Assembly (NCBI GenBank): GCA_039207135.1
Contig: JBCECL010000004.1
Location: 5,165-69,164 of the forward strand
Direction of reading: 5' to 3'
Length of the DNA: 64,000 bases
From: Brevundimonas sp.
GTDB taxonomy: Bacteria; Actinomycetota; Actinomycetes; Actinomycetales; Cellulomonadaceae
Positions 21,177 to 30,578 of this stretch are shown piece after piece. The position numbers were made by a program, and so were the translations under genes. Positions within the stretch are counted from its first letter, which is position 1, and every line of letters starts with the position of its first letter. The notes under the pieces are model-generated. The model worked only from the letters and a program-made list of their open reading frames with translations, did not search any database and had not been told where the DNA came from.

Positions 21177-21967
21177 TTGACCTTCACTCCCTCGATGATG
21201 ACGTCGTGCACCGGGGTCTCAGACCCCTCCTTGGTGCCCGCGTCGGCGATGGCCGTCAGCACGTCCTGGCCGGACGTGATGTGGCCGAACACGGTGTATC
21301 CGCCCGCCGAGTCCGACGGGATGGTGCTGTCCTTGTAGACAAGGAAGAACTGGCTACCCATGGAGCTGCCGTCGTTGCCGACGCGCGCCATGGCGATGGT
21401 CCCCGCAGGGTAGACGTTGTCGAGGGGGGCGTTCTCGATCGGGCCCCACGAGTAGCCCGGGCCGTCGGTGCCGGTACCGTCCGGCGACCCGCACTGCAGG
21501 ACGTAGATGCCCGACGTGGTCAGACGGTGGCACTTGGTGCCGTCGAAGTAGCCCTTGTCGGCCAGCGTCACGAAGTTCGCGACGGCCTGGGGTGCCTTGA
21601 CGCCGTCGAGGCTGATGCCGATGTTCCCCTGCGACAGGTCGAGGTCGCCGGTCCACGTGCGTGCCTCGGCGAGAGCGGGGTCCGGGGTGTTCGGGTCGCG
21701 CGAGGCGCTCGGCTCAGGCGTGGCGGAGGCGCTCGGCTCGGTGCCGGGGGCGTCGGTCGCGTATGCGGTCGGGGTCGCGGAGGCGGCGGGAGTGTCGTCC
21801 TTGGTGGCGCCGATGACGGCCACGATGCCGACGACGAGGACGAGCGCTCCGAGCACGGAGCCGATCACGATCCGCTGGCGACGGCGGGCAGCCTCGTGCT
21901 CCGCCCGGTGCTGCTGCCACTTCTCGTAACGGCGCTGCTCGTACTCGCGCTCGCGCTTGCTGGACAC
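21173..21967 (-). CDS. Membrane-anchored cyclophilin-type peptidyl-prolyl cis-trans isomerase
   Basis: An N-terminal TM helix followed by GYFDGTKCHRLTTSGIYVLQCGSPDGTGTDGPGYSW..SQFFLVYKD. Confidence 0.92.
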   Translation of the reverse strand: MSSKREREYEQRRYEKWQQHRAEHEAARRRQRIVIGSVLGALVLVVGIVAVIGATKDDTPAASATPTAYATDAPGTEPSASATPEPSASRDPNTPDPALAEARTWTGDLDLSQGNIGISLDGVKAPQAVANFVTLADKGYFDGTKCHRLTTSGIYVLQCGSPDGTGTDGPGYSWGPIENAPLDNVYPAGTIAMARVGNDGSSMGSQFFLVYKDSTIPSDSAGGYTVFGHITSGQDVLTAIADAGTKEGSETPVHDVIIEGVKVK

Positions 21968-22135
21968 CGTCGCTCCTCGCTCTGTCGTGTGCCGTCCGTC
22001 GGGCGCGCGACATGCCGCACCGCACGGGGAACCCCGGACAGTCTAGGCAAGCGAGGGCCTCCTGCCGCCAGCGGGGCCCGGTAGCAGGTCACAGTCACGC
22101 AACGGTCGCCCCGACCAGCCAGGTACGGTCGGCGC

Positions 22136-22855
22136 ATGGAGGTCTTCTCGGTCGTCTCGTCCGTCTTCGGCGCCAGGTGCACGGTCGTGGTCGCGGACGA
22201 CCGCTCGTGCGTCGTCGTCGACCCCGGCGTCGGGGTGGCCGACGAGATCGTCGGGTACGTGCGTGACCACGCGCTCGTTCCCGTCGCGGTGCTCGCCACG
22301 CACGGCCACGTCGACCACACGTGGGACGCGGCAGCCGTCTGCGAGGCGCTCGGCGTGCCGCTGCGCCTGCACGCGGCCGACGCCTACCGGCTGCGCGACC
22401 CGTTCGGCACGCTCGGTTCGCTCGGTGGTGCGTCGCACGATCCCGGTGGTCCGCTCGCCCAGGCGATCGCCTCGGTCGGGGCGCGGCCCGACGCGTACCG
22501 CGAACCGGGCGACGTCCAGCCCTTCGGCTCGGATCGCGACGGCGGTGGCGGCCGCGACGGCGACGTCGCCCTGCAGCTCGGCGGCCTGAGCGTCGTCGCA
22601 CGGCACGCGCCCGGGCACACCGAGGGCTCGACCCTGTACCTGCTCGAGATCGACGGCGAACGGGTCGCGTTCACGGGCGACGTGCTGTTCGCGGGGACCA
22701 TCGGACGGACGGACCTGCCGGGCGGTGACGGCGAGGTCATGACGACCACGCTGCGCGAGGTCGTCTCGGCGCTCCCACCCGAGACCGTGGTCGTGCCCGG
22801 TCACGGGCCGACGAGCGACATCGCGACCGAGCTCGCGCGCAACCCGTACCTCTGA
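22136..22855 (+). CDS. MBL-fold metallo-hydrolase (glyoxalase II-like)
   Basis: Contains ATHGHVDHTWD and APGHTEGS. Its position matches Rv2581c. Confidence 0.88.
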   Translation: MEVFSVVSSVFGARCTVVVADDRSCVVVDPGVGVADEIVGYVRDHALVPVAVLATHGHVDHTWDAAAVCEALGVPLRLHAADAYRLRDPFGTLGSLGGASHDPGGPLAQAIASVGARPDAYREPGDVQPFGSDRDGGGGRDGDVALQLGGLSVVARHAPGHTEGSTLYLLEIDGERVAFTGDVLFAGTIGRTDLPGGDGEVMTTTLREVVSALPPETVVVPGHGPTSDIATELARNPYL

Positions 22856-22901
22856 CGGACAGCAGCCCGGCTCGCGCGCGGCGTCTGGAAAGATCGGCCG
22901 C

Positions 22902-24281
22902 ATGGCGCGACCCACACCTCTGTCCGGATTCCCCGAGTGGCTGCCCGACGGGCGCATCGTCGAGCAGCACGTGCTCGACGTGCTGCGTCGCACGTTCGAG
23001 CTGCACGGGTTCGCCGGGATCGAGACGCGCGCGGTCGAGCCGCTCGACCAGCTGCTGCGCAAGGGCGAGACCTCGAAGGAGGTCTACGTGCTGCGCAGGC
23101 TGCAGGAGGACCCGGACGCGCCGCCCGAGCGCGGGGGCCAGCTGGGGCTGCACTTCGACCTGACGGTGCCGTTCGCGCGGTACGTGCTCGAGAACGCGGG
23201 CCACCTCGCGTTCCCGTTCCGGCGCTACCAGATCCAGAAGGTGTGGCGTGGCGAGCGGCCCCAGGACGGCCGCTTCCGCGAGTTCGTGCAGGCCGACATC
23301 GACGTCGTCGGAGCGGGCGCCCTGCCGTACCACGTCGAGGTCGAGCTGCCCCTGGTGATCGCCGAGGCGCTCGGCGCGCTGCAGTCCATCGGCGTGCCGC
23401 CCGTGCGGATCCTGGTGAACAACCGCAAGGTCGCCGAGGGGTTCTACCGCGGGCTGGGCCTCGAGGACGTCGACGGCGTGCTCCGCTCGATCGACAAGCT
23501 CGACAAGATCGGTCCCGACGCGGTCGCCGCGCTGCTCGTGGCGGAGTGCGGCGCGTCGGACGACCAGGCGGCGGCGTGCCTGGCCCTGGCGGGGATCAGC
23601 GGCGCCGACGAGAGCGTCGTCGACCGCGTGCGCGCGCTCGCCGCTGATCGCGGCGTGGCGCACGACCTGCTCGACGAGGGTCTGGCCGAGCTCGGCGCGC
23701 TCGTCCGCGCGGCGGCCCAGCGGGCGCCGGGCGTCGTCGTCGCGGACCTGAAGATCGCGCGCGGCCTCGACTACTACACGGGTTCCGTCTACGAGACGGT
23801 GCTCGTCGGGCACGAGCAGCTGGGGTCGATCTGCTCGGGTGGCCGGTACGACACCCTCGCGTCCGACGGCGCGAACACCTACCCCGGGGTGGGGCTGTCG
23901 ATCGGCGTCTCGCGGCTCGTCTCGCGGCTGCTCAGCGCCGGCCTCGTGTCGGCGACGCGCTCGGTCCCGAGCGCCGTGCTCGTCGCGGTCAACACCGAGG
24001 ACCAGCGGGAGCGCTCGGACGCCGTCGCCGCCGCGCTCCGTGCCCGCGGCATCCCGGTCGAGGTGGCGCCGGCCGCGGCGAAGTTCGGCAAGCAGATCCG
24101 ACACGCCGATCGTCGGGGGATCCCGTACGTCTGGTTCCCGGGTGACGTCGACGCGGACGGGACCACGAGCCCGGACCAGGTCAAGGACATCCGCTCCGGC
24201 GAGCAGGTCGAGGCGAACCCGCAGGTGTGGGCTCCGTCGGACGACGATCTATGGCCGCGGGTCGTCGCCGCGACGCGTTGA
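22902..24281 (+). CDS. hisS: Histidine--tRNA ligase
   Basis: Contains FPFRRYQIQKVWRGERPQDGRFREFVQADIDVVG and class II aaRS motifs. Confidence 0.96.
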   Translation: MARPTPLSGFPEWLPDGRIVEQHVLDVLRRTFELHGFAGIETRAVEPLDQLLRKGETSKEVYVLRRLQEDPDAPPERGGQLGLHFDLTVPFARYVLENAGHLAFPFRRYQIQKVWRGERPQDGRFREFVQADIDVVGAGALPYHVEVELPLVIAEALGALQSIGVPPVRILVNNRKVAEGFYRGLGLEDVDGVLRSIDKLDKIGPDAVAALLVAECGASDDQAAACLALAGISGADESVVDRVRALAADRGVAHDLLDEGLAELGALVRAAAQRAPGVVVADLKIARGLDYYTGSVYETVLVGHEQLGSICSGGRYDTLASDGANTYPGVGLSIGVSRLVSRLLSAGLVSATRSVPSAVLVAVNTEDQRERSDAVAAALRARGIPVEVAPAAAKFGKQIRHADRRGIPYVWFPGDVDADGTTSPDQVKDIRSGEQVEANPQVWAPSDDDLWPRVVAATR

Positions 24282-24328
24282 CGCGGCCGCCCCCGAACGA
24301 GTGACAGTTGACTCGGACTGCGAACAGA

Positions 24329-24359
24329 GTGACGCGGTCCGAATTGCTCCGTTTATAGT
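24329..24359 (+). promoter_or_regulatory. Candidate promoter of the tad operon in a locally AT-richer patch
   Basis: TATAGT at 24354-24359 with a weak -35-like GTGACG about 19 nt upstream. It lies 45 nt upstream of ATG 24404. Sequence inspection only. Confidence 0.25.
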
Positions 24360-24403
24360 TCCAACCGGTCGGATTGACCGGTAGGTACCGAAACGGGGGA
24401 CGA

Positions 24404-25120
24404 ATGACGGCGAACACCGGTACGGCACCCAAGGACGGTGTGACCGAGCGTCGCCGGGCGCGGGAGGCCCGCGGGCTCGCACCCGCAGGCGGTGCAGCGA
24501 CCGATCGACTGCCGAAGGCGCCACGGGAACGTCGTCCGTTGCTGGCCGTGCTGGCCGTGCTGCTCATCGTCGGCGGCGCGGCGATCGCTGGGCTCGTCGC
24601 GCTGCGGCAGGACTCGCGCGTGCCCGTGCTGATGCTGTCGCACGACGTCGCGGCCGGGCAGGCCATCGCGGCCACCGATCTCGTCACGACGCAGGTCGCG
24701 TCCGAGGGCATCACGCTCGTCGCCGCGGAGGACAAGGACCAGGTGGTCGGGAAGTTCGCCCGCGTCGGGCTCGCCCAGGGCCAGCTCCTCGACAGCAAGA
24801 TGCTCACCGACGTCAGCACGCTGCGTGAGGGGTCCGTCGCCGTCGGGGCGGCGCTCGGCGACGGCCGTGTGCCCGCGAGCGGCCTGCAGGCGGGCGACGT
24901 GGTCCAGCTGATCCGGGTCTCCGATGGCGAGGGCGCCGTGCTCGTGCCCGACGCGCTCGTCTCCTCGGTGCACGAAGGGGACTCCTCGAGCCAGGGTGGG
25001 CTCGTCGTGACGTTCATCGTCGACGCGGCCGCCGGGCCCGGTGTGGCCGCCGTCGCGGCTGACGGCTCCCTGGCCGTCGCGCTCGTGACGCGAGGCACGC
25101 CGATCGGTGAGGACGGCTGA
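24404..25120 (+). CDS. cpaB: SAF-domain Flp pilus assembly protein (CpaB/RcpC-like)
   Basis: A basic N-terminus and one TM helix (LLAVLAVLLIVGGAAIAGLVAL), then a SAF-like region (VLMLSHDVAAGQAIAATDL). It is the first gene of the tad operon. Confidence 0.75.
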   Translation: MTANTGTAPKDGVTERRRAREARGLAPAGGAATDRLPKAPRERRPLLAVLAVLLIVGGAAIAGLVALRQDSRVPVLMLSHDVAAGQAIAATDLVTTQVASEGITLVAAEDKDQVVGKFARVGLAQGQLLDSKMLTDVSTLREGSVAVGAALGDGRVPASGLQAGDVVQLIRVSDGEGAVLVPDALVSSVHEGDSSSQGGLVVTFIVDAAAGPGVAAVAADGSLAVALVTRGTPIGEDG

Positions 25121-25121
25121 C

Positions 25122-25904
25122 GTGCTCGTCACGATCGCCTCGGCCAAGGGATCTCCCGGCGTCACGACGACGGCGCGGATCCTCGCCTCCGTGTGGCCGC
25201 AGGACGTCCTGCTCGTCGATGCCGACCCCGCGGGGGGCGACGTGTCCCTGTGGGCGCCGGCCCCCGACGGCAGCCCGCTCGATCCCGACACCGGGCTCCT
25301 GACGCTCGCGGTCGAGGCGCGCCGCGGCGCGGCCTCGCTCGAGCCGCACGTGCAGACGATCGACGGCGGGCTCCAGGTGGTCGCCGGCGTCCAGCACCCG
25401 GGCCAGATCGCGGGCATGGGTCCGGTGTGGCCGGTGCTCGGTGGCGTCCTGCGCCAGCATGCGGGGACCGTGATCGCCGACGTCGGTCGGCTCACCCCGG
25501 ACAGCCCGGTCCTGCCGTTCGTGCTCGACTCCGACGCGCTCGTGTTCGTCGTGCGACCGACGATCGAGGGATACGCGCACCTTCGCGAGCGGCTGAGGTG
25601 GCTCGCGGACCTCGACACCGGCCTGCGCCCGATGCCCACGGTCGGCGTCGTCGCGGTCACGGAGGCGAAGGACACGGCCGCGGTGCGGGATCTGCACCTG
25701 CTGCTCGCGCACGCCGGTCTGAACGTGCCCGTCCTCGGCGCGGTGGGCGTCGACCAGAAGTCGGCGGACGTCGTCGCGGCCCGGGTCGCGCGGGGGATCG
25801 ACCGATCGCTGCTCGTCCGGTCCGCGCGCCAGCTGGTCGGGCCGGTGCGCGAGCTCGCCGAGTCGCGGTTCTACGCGCGATCGATGGCGAAGGAGCTGTC
25901 GTGA
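25122..25904 (+). CDS. TadZ/CpaE-like ParA/MinD-fold protein with a degenerate Walker A
   Basis: VLVTIASAKGSPGVTTTARILA stands in place of KGGxGKT, with no Walker lysine, followed by LLVDADPAGGD. The alternative start is GTG 25107. Confidence 0.7.
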   Translation: MLVTIASAKGSPGVTTTARILASVWPQDVLLVDADPAGGDVSLWAPAPDGSPLDPDTGLLTLAVEARRGAASLEPHVQTIDGGLQVVAGVQHPGQIAGMGPVWPVLGGVLRQHAGTVIADVGRLTPDSPVLPFVLDSDALVFVVRPTIEGYAHLRERLRWLADLDTGLRPMPTVGVVAVTEAKDTAAVRDLHLLLAHAGLNVPVLGAVGVDQKSADVVAARVARGIDRSLLVRSARQLVGPVRELAESRFYARSMAKELS

Positions 25905-27214
25905 GCCTCGACCAGACACTCGTGCGGCGCCTGCGCGAGGAGGTCGCCGACGTCCTCGCGCGCCAGCGCCGCGACGACGCGGCCGCCGGCCTGCCCGCGA
26001 TGTCGGGGGAGGACGAGCGCCAGTTCGCTCGCGCCGTCATCGCGCGCGTGCTCGACTCGCACGCACGCGGCGAGATGGCCAGCGGCAGGACCCCTCCGAC
26101 CCCGCAGGACGAGGAGGAGATCGCCGCCGGGATCCACGCCGCGCTCTACGGCGTCGGCAGGCTGCAGCCGCTGCTGGACGACCCTGACGTCGAGAACGTC
26201 GACATCAACGGCTACGACAACGTGTTCGTGCAGTACGGCGACGGTCGCGAGGAGAGGTGGGCTCCCGTCGCCGAGTCGGACGACGAGCTCGTCGAGCTCG
26301 TCCAGATCCTCGGCGCGTACTCGGGGCTCACGAGTCGCCCGTTCGACTCGGCGAACCCTCAGCTCGACCTGCGCCTGCCCGACGGCAGCCGGCTCTCGGC
26401 CGTGATGGACGTGTGCGCACGCCCGTCGATCTCGATCCGGCGCGCGCGGCTGTCCCGGGTGCACCTCGACGACCTCGTGCGCTTCGGGTCCGTGACGCCC
26501 GACGTCGCGGCGTTCCTGTCGGCGGCCGTCGCCGCGCGCAAGAACATCATGATCGCCGGCGCGACGAACGCCGGGAAGACCACGCTCCTGCGCGCTCTGG
26601 CCAACGAGATCGCACCGTCCGAGCGGCTCATCACCGTCGAGCGCGCGCTCGAGCTCGGCCTGGGCGAGTTCCCCGACCTGCACCCGAACGTGGTCTCGTT
26701 CGAGGAGCGGCTGCCGAACTCGGAGGGCAACGGCGCGATCCAGATGTCCGAGCTCGTGCGCCGCAGCCTGCGGATGAACCCGAGCCGCGTCATCGTCGGC
26801 GAGGTCCTCGGCGACGAGATCGTGACGATGCTGAACGCGATGAGCCAGGGCAACGACGGCTCGCTGTCGACGATCCACGCGAACAGCTCGATCGAGGTGT
26901 TCAACCGCATCTCGACGTACGCGATCCAGTCCGTCGAGCGCCTGCCCGTCGAGGCCACGATGATGCTCATCGCGGGCGCGATCGACTTCGTCGTGTTCGT
27001 CCAGAAGCAGAACGACTACCTGAGCGGCGGCCGGCTGCGGCGCTACGTCGCGAGCATCCGTGAGGTCAACGGCGTCGACGGCCGGGTGCTGTCGAGCGAG
27101 ATCTTCGCGGCCGGCCCTGACGGCGTCGCGGTCGCCGCGGCACCGATCGCCTCGCTCGACGAGCTGATCGCCGTCGGCTACCAGCCGTCGTACGCGCTCG
27201 GGGGCGTCCGATGA
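25901..27214 (+). CDS. tadA: Tad pilus secretion ATPase (CpaF/TadA family)
   Basis: Walker A GATNAGKTTLLRAL, RVIVGEV and His-box SLSTIHANS. A GTGA overlap joins it to the upstream gene. Confidence 0.93.
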   Translation: MSLDQTLVRRLREEVADVLARQRRDDAAAGLPAMSGEDERQFARAVIARVLDSHARGEMASGRTPPTPQDEEEIAAGIHAALYGVGRLQPLLDDPDVENVDINGYDNVFVQYGDGREERWAPVAESDDELVELVQILGAYSGLTSRPFDSANPQLDLRLPDGSRLSAVMDVCARPSISIRRARLSRVHLDDLVRFGSVTPDVAAFLSAAVAARKNIMIAGATNAGKTTLLRALANEIAPSERLITVERALELGLGEFPDLHPNVVSFEERLPNSEGNGAIQMSELVRRSLRMNPSRVIVGEVLGDEIVTMLNAMSQGNDGSLSTIHANSSIEVFNRISTYAIQSVERLPVEATMMLIAGAIDFVVFVQKQNDYLSGGRLRRYVASIREVNGVDGRVLSSEIFAAGPDGVAVAAAPIASLDELIAVGYQPSYALGGVR

Positions 27215-28068
27215 TCCCGGCCTCGACGCTGGTCGTCATCCTGGGCGGCGCCATCGTGGGCGTCGGGATCCTCCTGCTCATGGTCGCGGCGACGGGAACC
27301 GGACGGAGACCGGCGAAGGTCCGGCGGGGCGGTGGCAGCGCAGCGGTGCGCGCGCGGCGACGCTTCCTGATCGCTGCGGGCGTCGGGCTCGTCACGCTCG
27401 TCGTGACCGGGTGGCCGGTGGCCGCCGTCGGTGCCGCCGCCTTCGCGGTGGCCGCCCCCGCGCTCCTGGGCGGGGCCAAGGCCGAACGCCAGCAGACCGC
27501 GCGGCTCGAGGGCCTGGCGTCGTGGACCGAGTCGTTGCGCGACACGATCGCTGGAGCGGTCGGCCTCGAGCAGGCGATCCCGGCGACGGTCTACGCGGCC
27601 GCCCCGGCGATCCAGCCGCAGCTGCGCCTGCTCGTGGACAGGCTGCGCGTGCGGGTGCCGTTGCCCGTGGCGCTGCGCGGGCTCGCGGACGACCTCGACG
27701 ACCCGAGCGCCGACCTCGTGGTCGCGGCGCTCATCCTCAACGCCCGGCTCCGCGGCCCGGGTCTGCGCCAGGTGCTCACGTCGTTGTCGGAGGCTGCGCG
27801 CGCCGAGCTCGAGATGCGGCAGCGAGTCACGGCGGGTCGCAGCTCGACGCGTCGCTCGGCCCAGATCGTCACGGTGTTCTCGCTCGCGGCCATGACCCTG
27901 CTCACGCTCCTCAACCCCGACTACGTCGCGTCGTACGACACACCGCAGGGACAGCTGGTCCTGACGGTGATCGCAGCCCTGTTCGCCGTCGGGTTCTGGT
28001 GGATGAAGCGGCTGTCGGGCGTCGACATGCCGGCGCGGTTCCTCGTGAGCGAGGAGGACGGACGATGA
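27211..28068 (+). CDS. tadB: Type II secretion system F-family platform protein (TadB-like)
   Basis: Polytopic membrane protein with a T2SSF-like helical domain. ATGA overlap. Confidence 0.8.
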   Translation: MIPASTLVVILGGAIVGVGILLLMVAATGTGRRPAKVRRGGGSAAVRARRRFLIAAGVGLVTLVVTGWPVAAVGAAAFAVAAPALLGGAKAERQQTARLEGLASWTESLRDTIAGAVGLEQAIPATVYAAAPAIQPQLRLLVDRLRVRVPLPVALRGLADDLDDPSADLVVAALILNARLRGPGLRQVLTSLSEAARAELEMRQRVTAGRSSTRRSAQIVTVFSLAAMTLLTLLNPDYVASYDTPQGQLVLTVIAALFAVGFWWMKRLSGVDMPARFLVSEEDGR

Positions 28069-28985
28069 TCGTCGCGCTTCTCGCGGGTGCCGTGGCAGGC
28101 GCCGGCGTGCTGATGTTCGTGCTCGTCGTCGCGCCGCCGCGGTCGCAGCCGGGAAATGCCCTCGCGCGCCTGGACGTGCGGCGCGCAGAGGTGCGAGCGC
28201 GCGCCCAACGCATCGCCGTCGACCCGAACCGCACGGTCGAGGCTCCGTGGGTGCGCACGGTCGGCCGGTCGACGGCCGACGCACTCTCGCGTGCCGGCGT
28301 CGAGCTCGGCCAGCTGCGGTCGGACCTGGCGGTCATCGGCCGGACGCTCGAGATGCATCTCGCGACCTCGGTGCTCGCGGCCGTCGTCGGCTTCTTCCTC
28401 CCGCTCGGCTTCGCCGCGGCCGCGGTGCTCGTGGGCGCACCCGTATCGGTCGCCGCGCCGTTCGGGCTGAGCATCCTCGCGGCGGCTGCCGGGGCGTTGC
28501 TCCCCAGCGTCGTCGTCCGGGGCCAGGCGCGTACCGCGCGCCGCGACTTCCGGCACGTCGTCGGGTCGTTCCTCGACCTCGTCGCGATGAGTCTCGCCGG
28601 CGGACGCGGGGTGCCCGAGGCGCTGCAGAGCGCGTCGGAGCTCAGCGACGGCTGGGGCATGGTCCGGATCCGCAACGCGCTGGGCTCGGCCCGCCTGCAC
28701 GGCCGGACGCCGTGGTCGGCCCTCGGGATGCTCGGCGAGGAGCTCCGGATCGACGAGCTCCGCGACCTCGCGGCCGCTCTCGCCCTGGTCGCCGAGGACG
28801 GCGCGAAGGTGCGCGACTCGCTCTCGGCGCGCGCGGGGTCGCTGCGCCGACGCGAGCTCGCGGAGTCCGAGGGGAAGGCGGGCGAGAGCTCGCAGGCGAT
28901 GCTCGTCGCTCAGCTGCTGCTGTGCGTCGGCTTCCTGATCTTCCTGCTCTACCCGGCCATCGAGGCTGTCTTCAAGGGCGTGTAG
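28065..28985 (+). CDS. tadC: Type II secretion system F-family platform protein (TadC-like)
   Basis: Starts MIVALLAGAVAGAGVLMFVLVV. Second T2SSF-like paralogue. ATGA overlap. Confidence 0.8.
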   Translation: MIVALLAGAVAGAGVLMFVLVVAPPRSQPGNALARLDVRRAEVRARAQRIAVDPNRTVEAPWVRTVGRSTADALSRAGVELGQLRSDLAVIGRTLEMHLATSVLAAVVGFFLPLGFAAAAVLVGAPVSVAAPFGLSILAAAAGALLPSVVVRGQARTARRDFRHVVGSFLDLVAMSLAGGRGVPEALQSASELSDGWGMVRIRNALGSARLHGRTPWSALGMLGEELRIDELRDLAAALALVAEDGAKVRDSLSARAGSLRRRELAESEGKAGESSQAMLVAQLLLCVGFLIFLLYPAIEAVFKGV

Positions 28986-29036
28986 TCGTCGGACACGCTC
29001 CCGCACCGATCCCGTTCACACCAAGAAGGGCACCAC

Positions 29037-29279
29037 ATGTTCTCTCTGTCGCCACTCACACCGCAGGGGTTCCTGGTCATGGAGCTGCGGCGGCGCTACT
29101 CGCGCGCGCTCAGCACCAGCGACCGGGGTGCGTCGGCGATCGAATGGGTCATCATCACGGGCATCCTCGTGGCGATGGCCGCGGCCGTCGGGCTGATCAT
29201 CTACAACGTCGTCCGGGACAAGGCGAACAACATCAACACCCCCGAGGACCCGACGGGCATCAAGGGCGGCGGCGCCTGA
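29037..29279 (+). CDS. flp: Flp-family (type IVc) prepilin
   Basis: The processing-site-like sequence DRG|ASAIEWVIITGILVAMAAAVGLIIY has Glu at +5 and an aromatic residue at +6. The start is ATG 29037 or ATG 29079. Confidence 0.75.
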   Translation: MFSLSPLTPQGFLVMELRRRYSRALSTSDRGASAIEWVIITGILVAMAAAVGLIIYNVVRDKANNINTPEDPTGIKGGGA

Positions 29280-29281
29280 CC

Positions 29282-29707
29282 ATGAACCCGCTGCACCGGC
29301 GACTGCGGCGCGCATCCGGCGACCGCGACGCCGGTGCGTCCTCGGTCGAGCTCGTCCTGTACGCACCCCTGCTCATGCTGATCACGTTCCTGCTCGTGCA
29401 GTTCTCCTTGAGCTGGTACGGCACGTCGGTCGCCGGCGCAGCCGCTCGCGAGGCGGCCCGGGTGGCGCGCAACGGTGGGGGTGCGCCGGCGGCGCTGGAG
29501 CTGGCAGAGCAGCGCGCCCGTGACTACGCGGCGTCGGTGGGGGGTCCCCAGGGGCTGACCGACGTTTCGGTGTCGGTCGTCGCGATCGACGGTGACAGGG
29601 TGCGGGCGACCGTCTCCGGGCACGCGATGGAGATCGTCGGCGGGCTTGCGCCGCGCGTGTCCTCGACGGTCGAGGGCCCGGTCGAGAAGTTCAGGCCGGA
29701 CCGATGA
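29282..29707 (+). CDS. tadE: TadE-like pseudopilin
   Basis: Contains DAGASSVELVLYAPLLMLITFLLVQFSL, then AREAARVA. Confidence 0.8.
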   Translation: MNPLHRRLRRASGDRDAGASSVELVLYAPLLMLITFLLVQFSLSWYGTSVAGAAAREAARVARNGGGAPAALELAEQRARDYAASVGGPQGLTDVSVSVVAIDGDRVRATVSGHAMEIVGGLAPRVSSTVEGPVEKFRPDR

Positions 29708-30126
29708 CGCGCCGCCCCAGCGGAGAGGCGGGCTCGATGGCGGTGGAGATCGTCATCCTCGTGCCTGTGCTCCTTCTCCTGCTCTCGCTCATCGTCGCGA
29801 TGGGACGCTTCGTCACGACCCAGGGCGACGTCCAGGCCGCCGCGCGCGAGTCGGTGCGCGCGGCCACCTTGGCCCGGGACGTGGCCTCGGCGAGGGTGGC
29901 CGCGCAGGAGGCGGCGACGGCGTCCCTTCCCGCCGACGCCGACTGCAGGAACGTCGAGCTCAGCGGCGACTTCACGGCCGGTTCGACGCTCACGGTCACG
30001 TTGCGGTGCGACGTCTCCTGGAAGAACCTCAGCGAGCTCGGTCTGGGCGCCTCGACGACGATCACCGAGAAGAGCTCGGCGCCGCTCGACCGGTTCCGCC
30101 GCACCAGCCCGGGAGGATCGCCGTGA
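29704..30126 (+). CDS. TadE/TadF-like pseudopilin
   Basis: Contains EAGSMAVEIVILVPVLLLLLSLIV. ATGA overlap. Confidence 0.78.
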   Translation: MTRRPSGEAGSMAVEIVILVPVLLLLLSLIVAMGRFVTTQGDVQAAARESVRAATLARDVASARVAAQEAATASLPADADCRNVELSGDFTAGSTLTVTLRCDVSWKNLSELGLGASTTITEKSSAPLDRFRRTSPGGSP

Positions 30127-30578
30127 TCCGGCGGATGCGCGCCGCGACCGCCCAGGAGGAGCGCGGCTCGGTCTCGGTGTTCGTCATCGGTCTGGCCGTC
30201 GCGCTGCTCGTCCTGGCGGGCCTCGTGGTGGACGGCGGACGTGCGGTCAACGCACGGGCGGCGGCGTACGACGACGCCGAGCAGGCCGCCCGGGCGGGGG
30301 CCAACGAGATCGACGTGCTCAGGCTCCGCAACACAGGTCAGGTGGTCATCGATGCGGACGCGGCGACACGCGCGGTCGACGCCTTCCTGGCGGCGCGTGA
30401 CTATCCCGCCGGCTCGGCGGTGACAGTGGTCGGGGCGCGCGAGGTCCGCGTGAAGCTGGACGGCGACGTCAACACGTCGCTCCTGACCCTGATCAACATC
30501 GACTCATTCCACGTGACCGCGACTGCGACCGCACGGGCCGCCATCGGGATCGACGCCGAGATCGGAGGTGCACCGTGA
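30123..30578 (+). CDS. TadG-related (Tad_N-like) pilus assembly protein
   Basis: Contains ERGSVSVFVIGLAVALLVLAGLVVDGGRAVNARAAAYDDAEQAARAGA. GTGA overlap. Confidence 0.72.
   Translation: MIRRMRAATAQEERGSVSVFVIGLAVALLVLAGLVVDGGRAVNARAAAYDDAEQAARAGANEIDVLRLRNTGQVVIDADAATRAVDAFLAARDYPAGSAVTVVGAREVRVKLDGDVNTSLLTLINIDSFHVTATATARAAIGIDAEIGGAP

Noticed and set aside
24282-24403. A 6C-type small RNA. From memory, this sRNA lies beside the tad/ssd locus in mycobacteria.
   Set aside because: I found no pair of hairpins with C-rich (at least 6 C) loops. Only single C5/G5 runs occur, without matching stems. A covariance-model scan would be needed to be sure.
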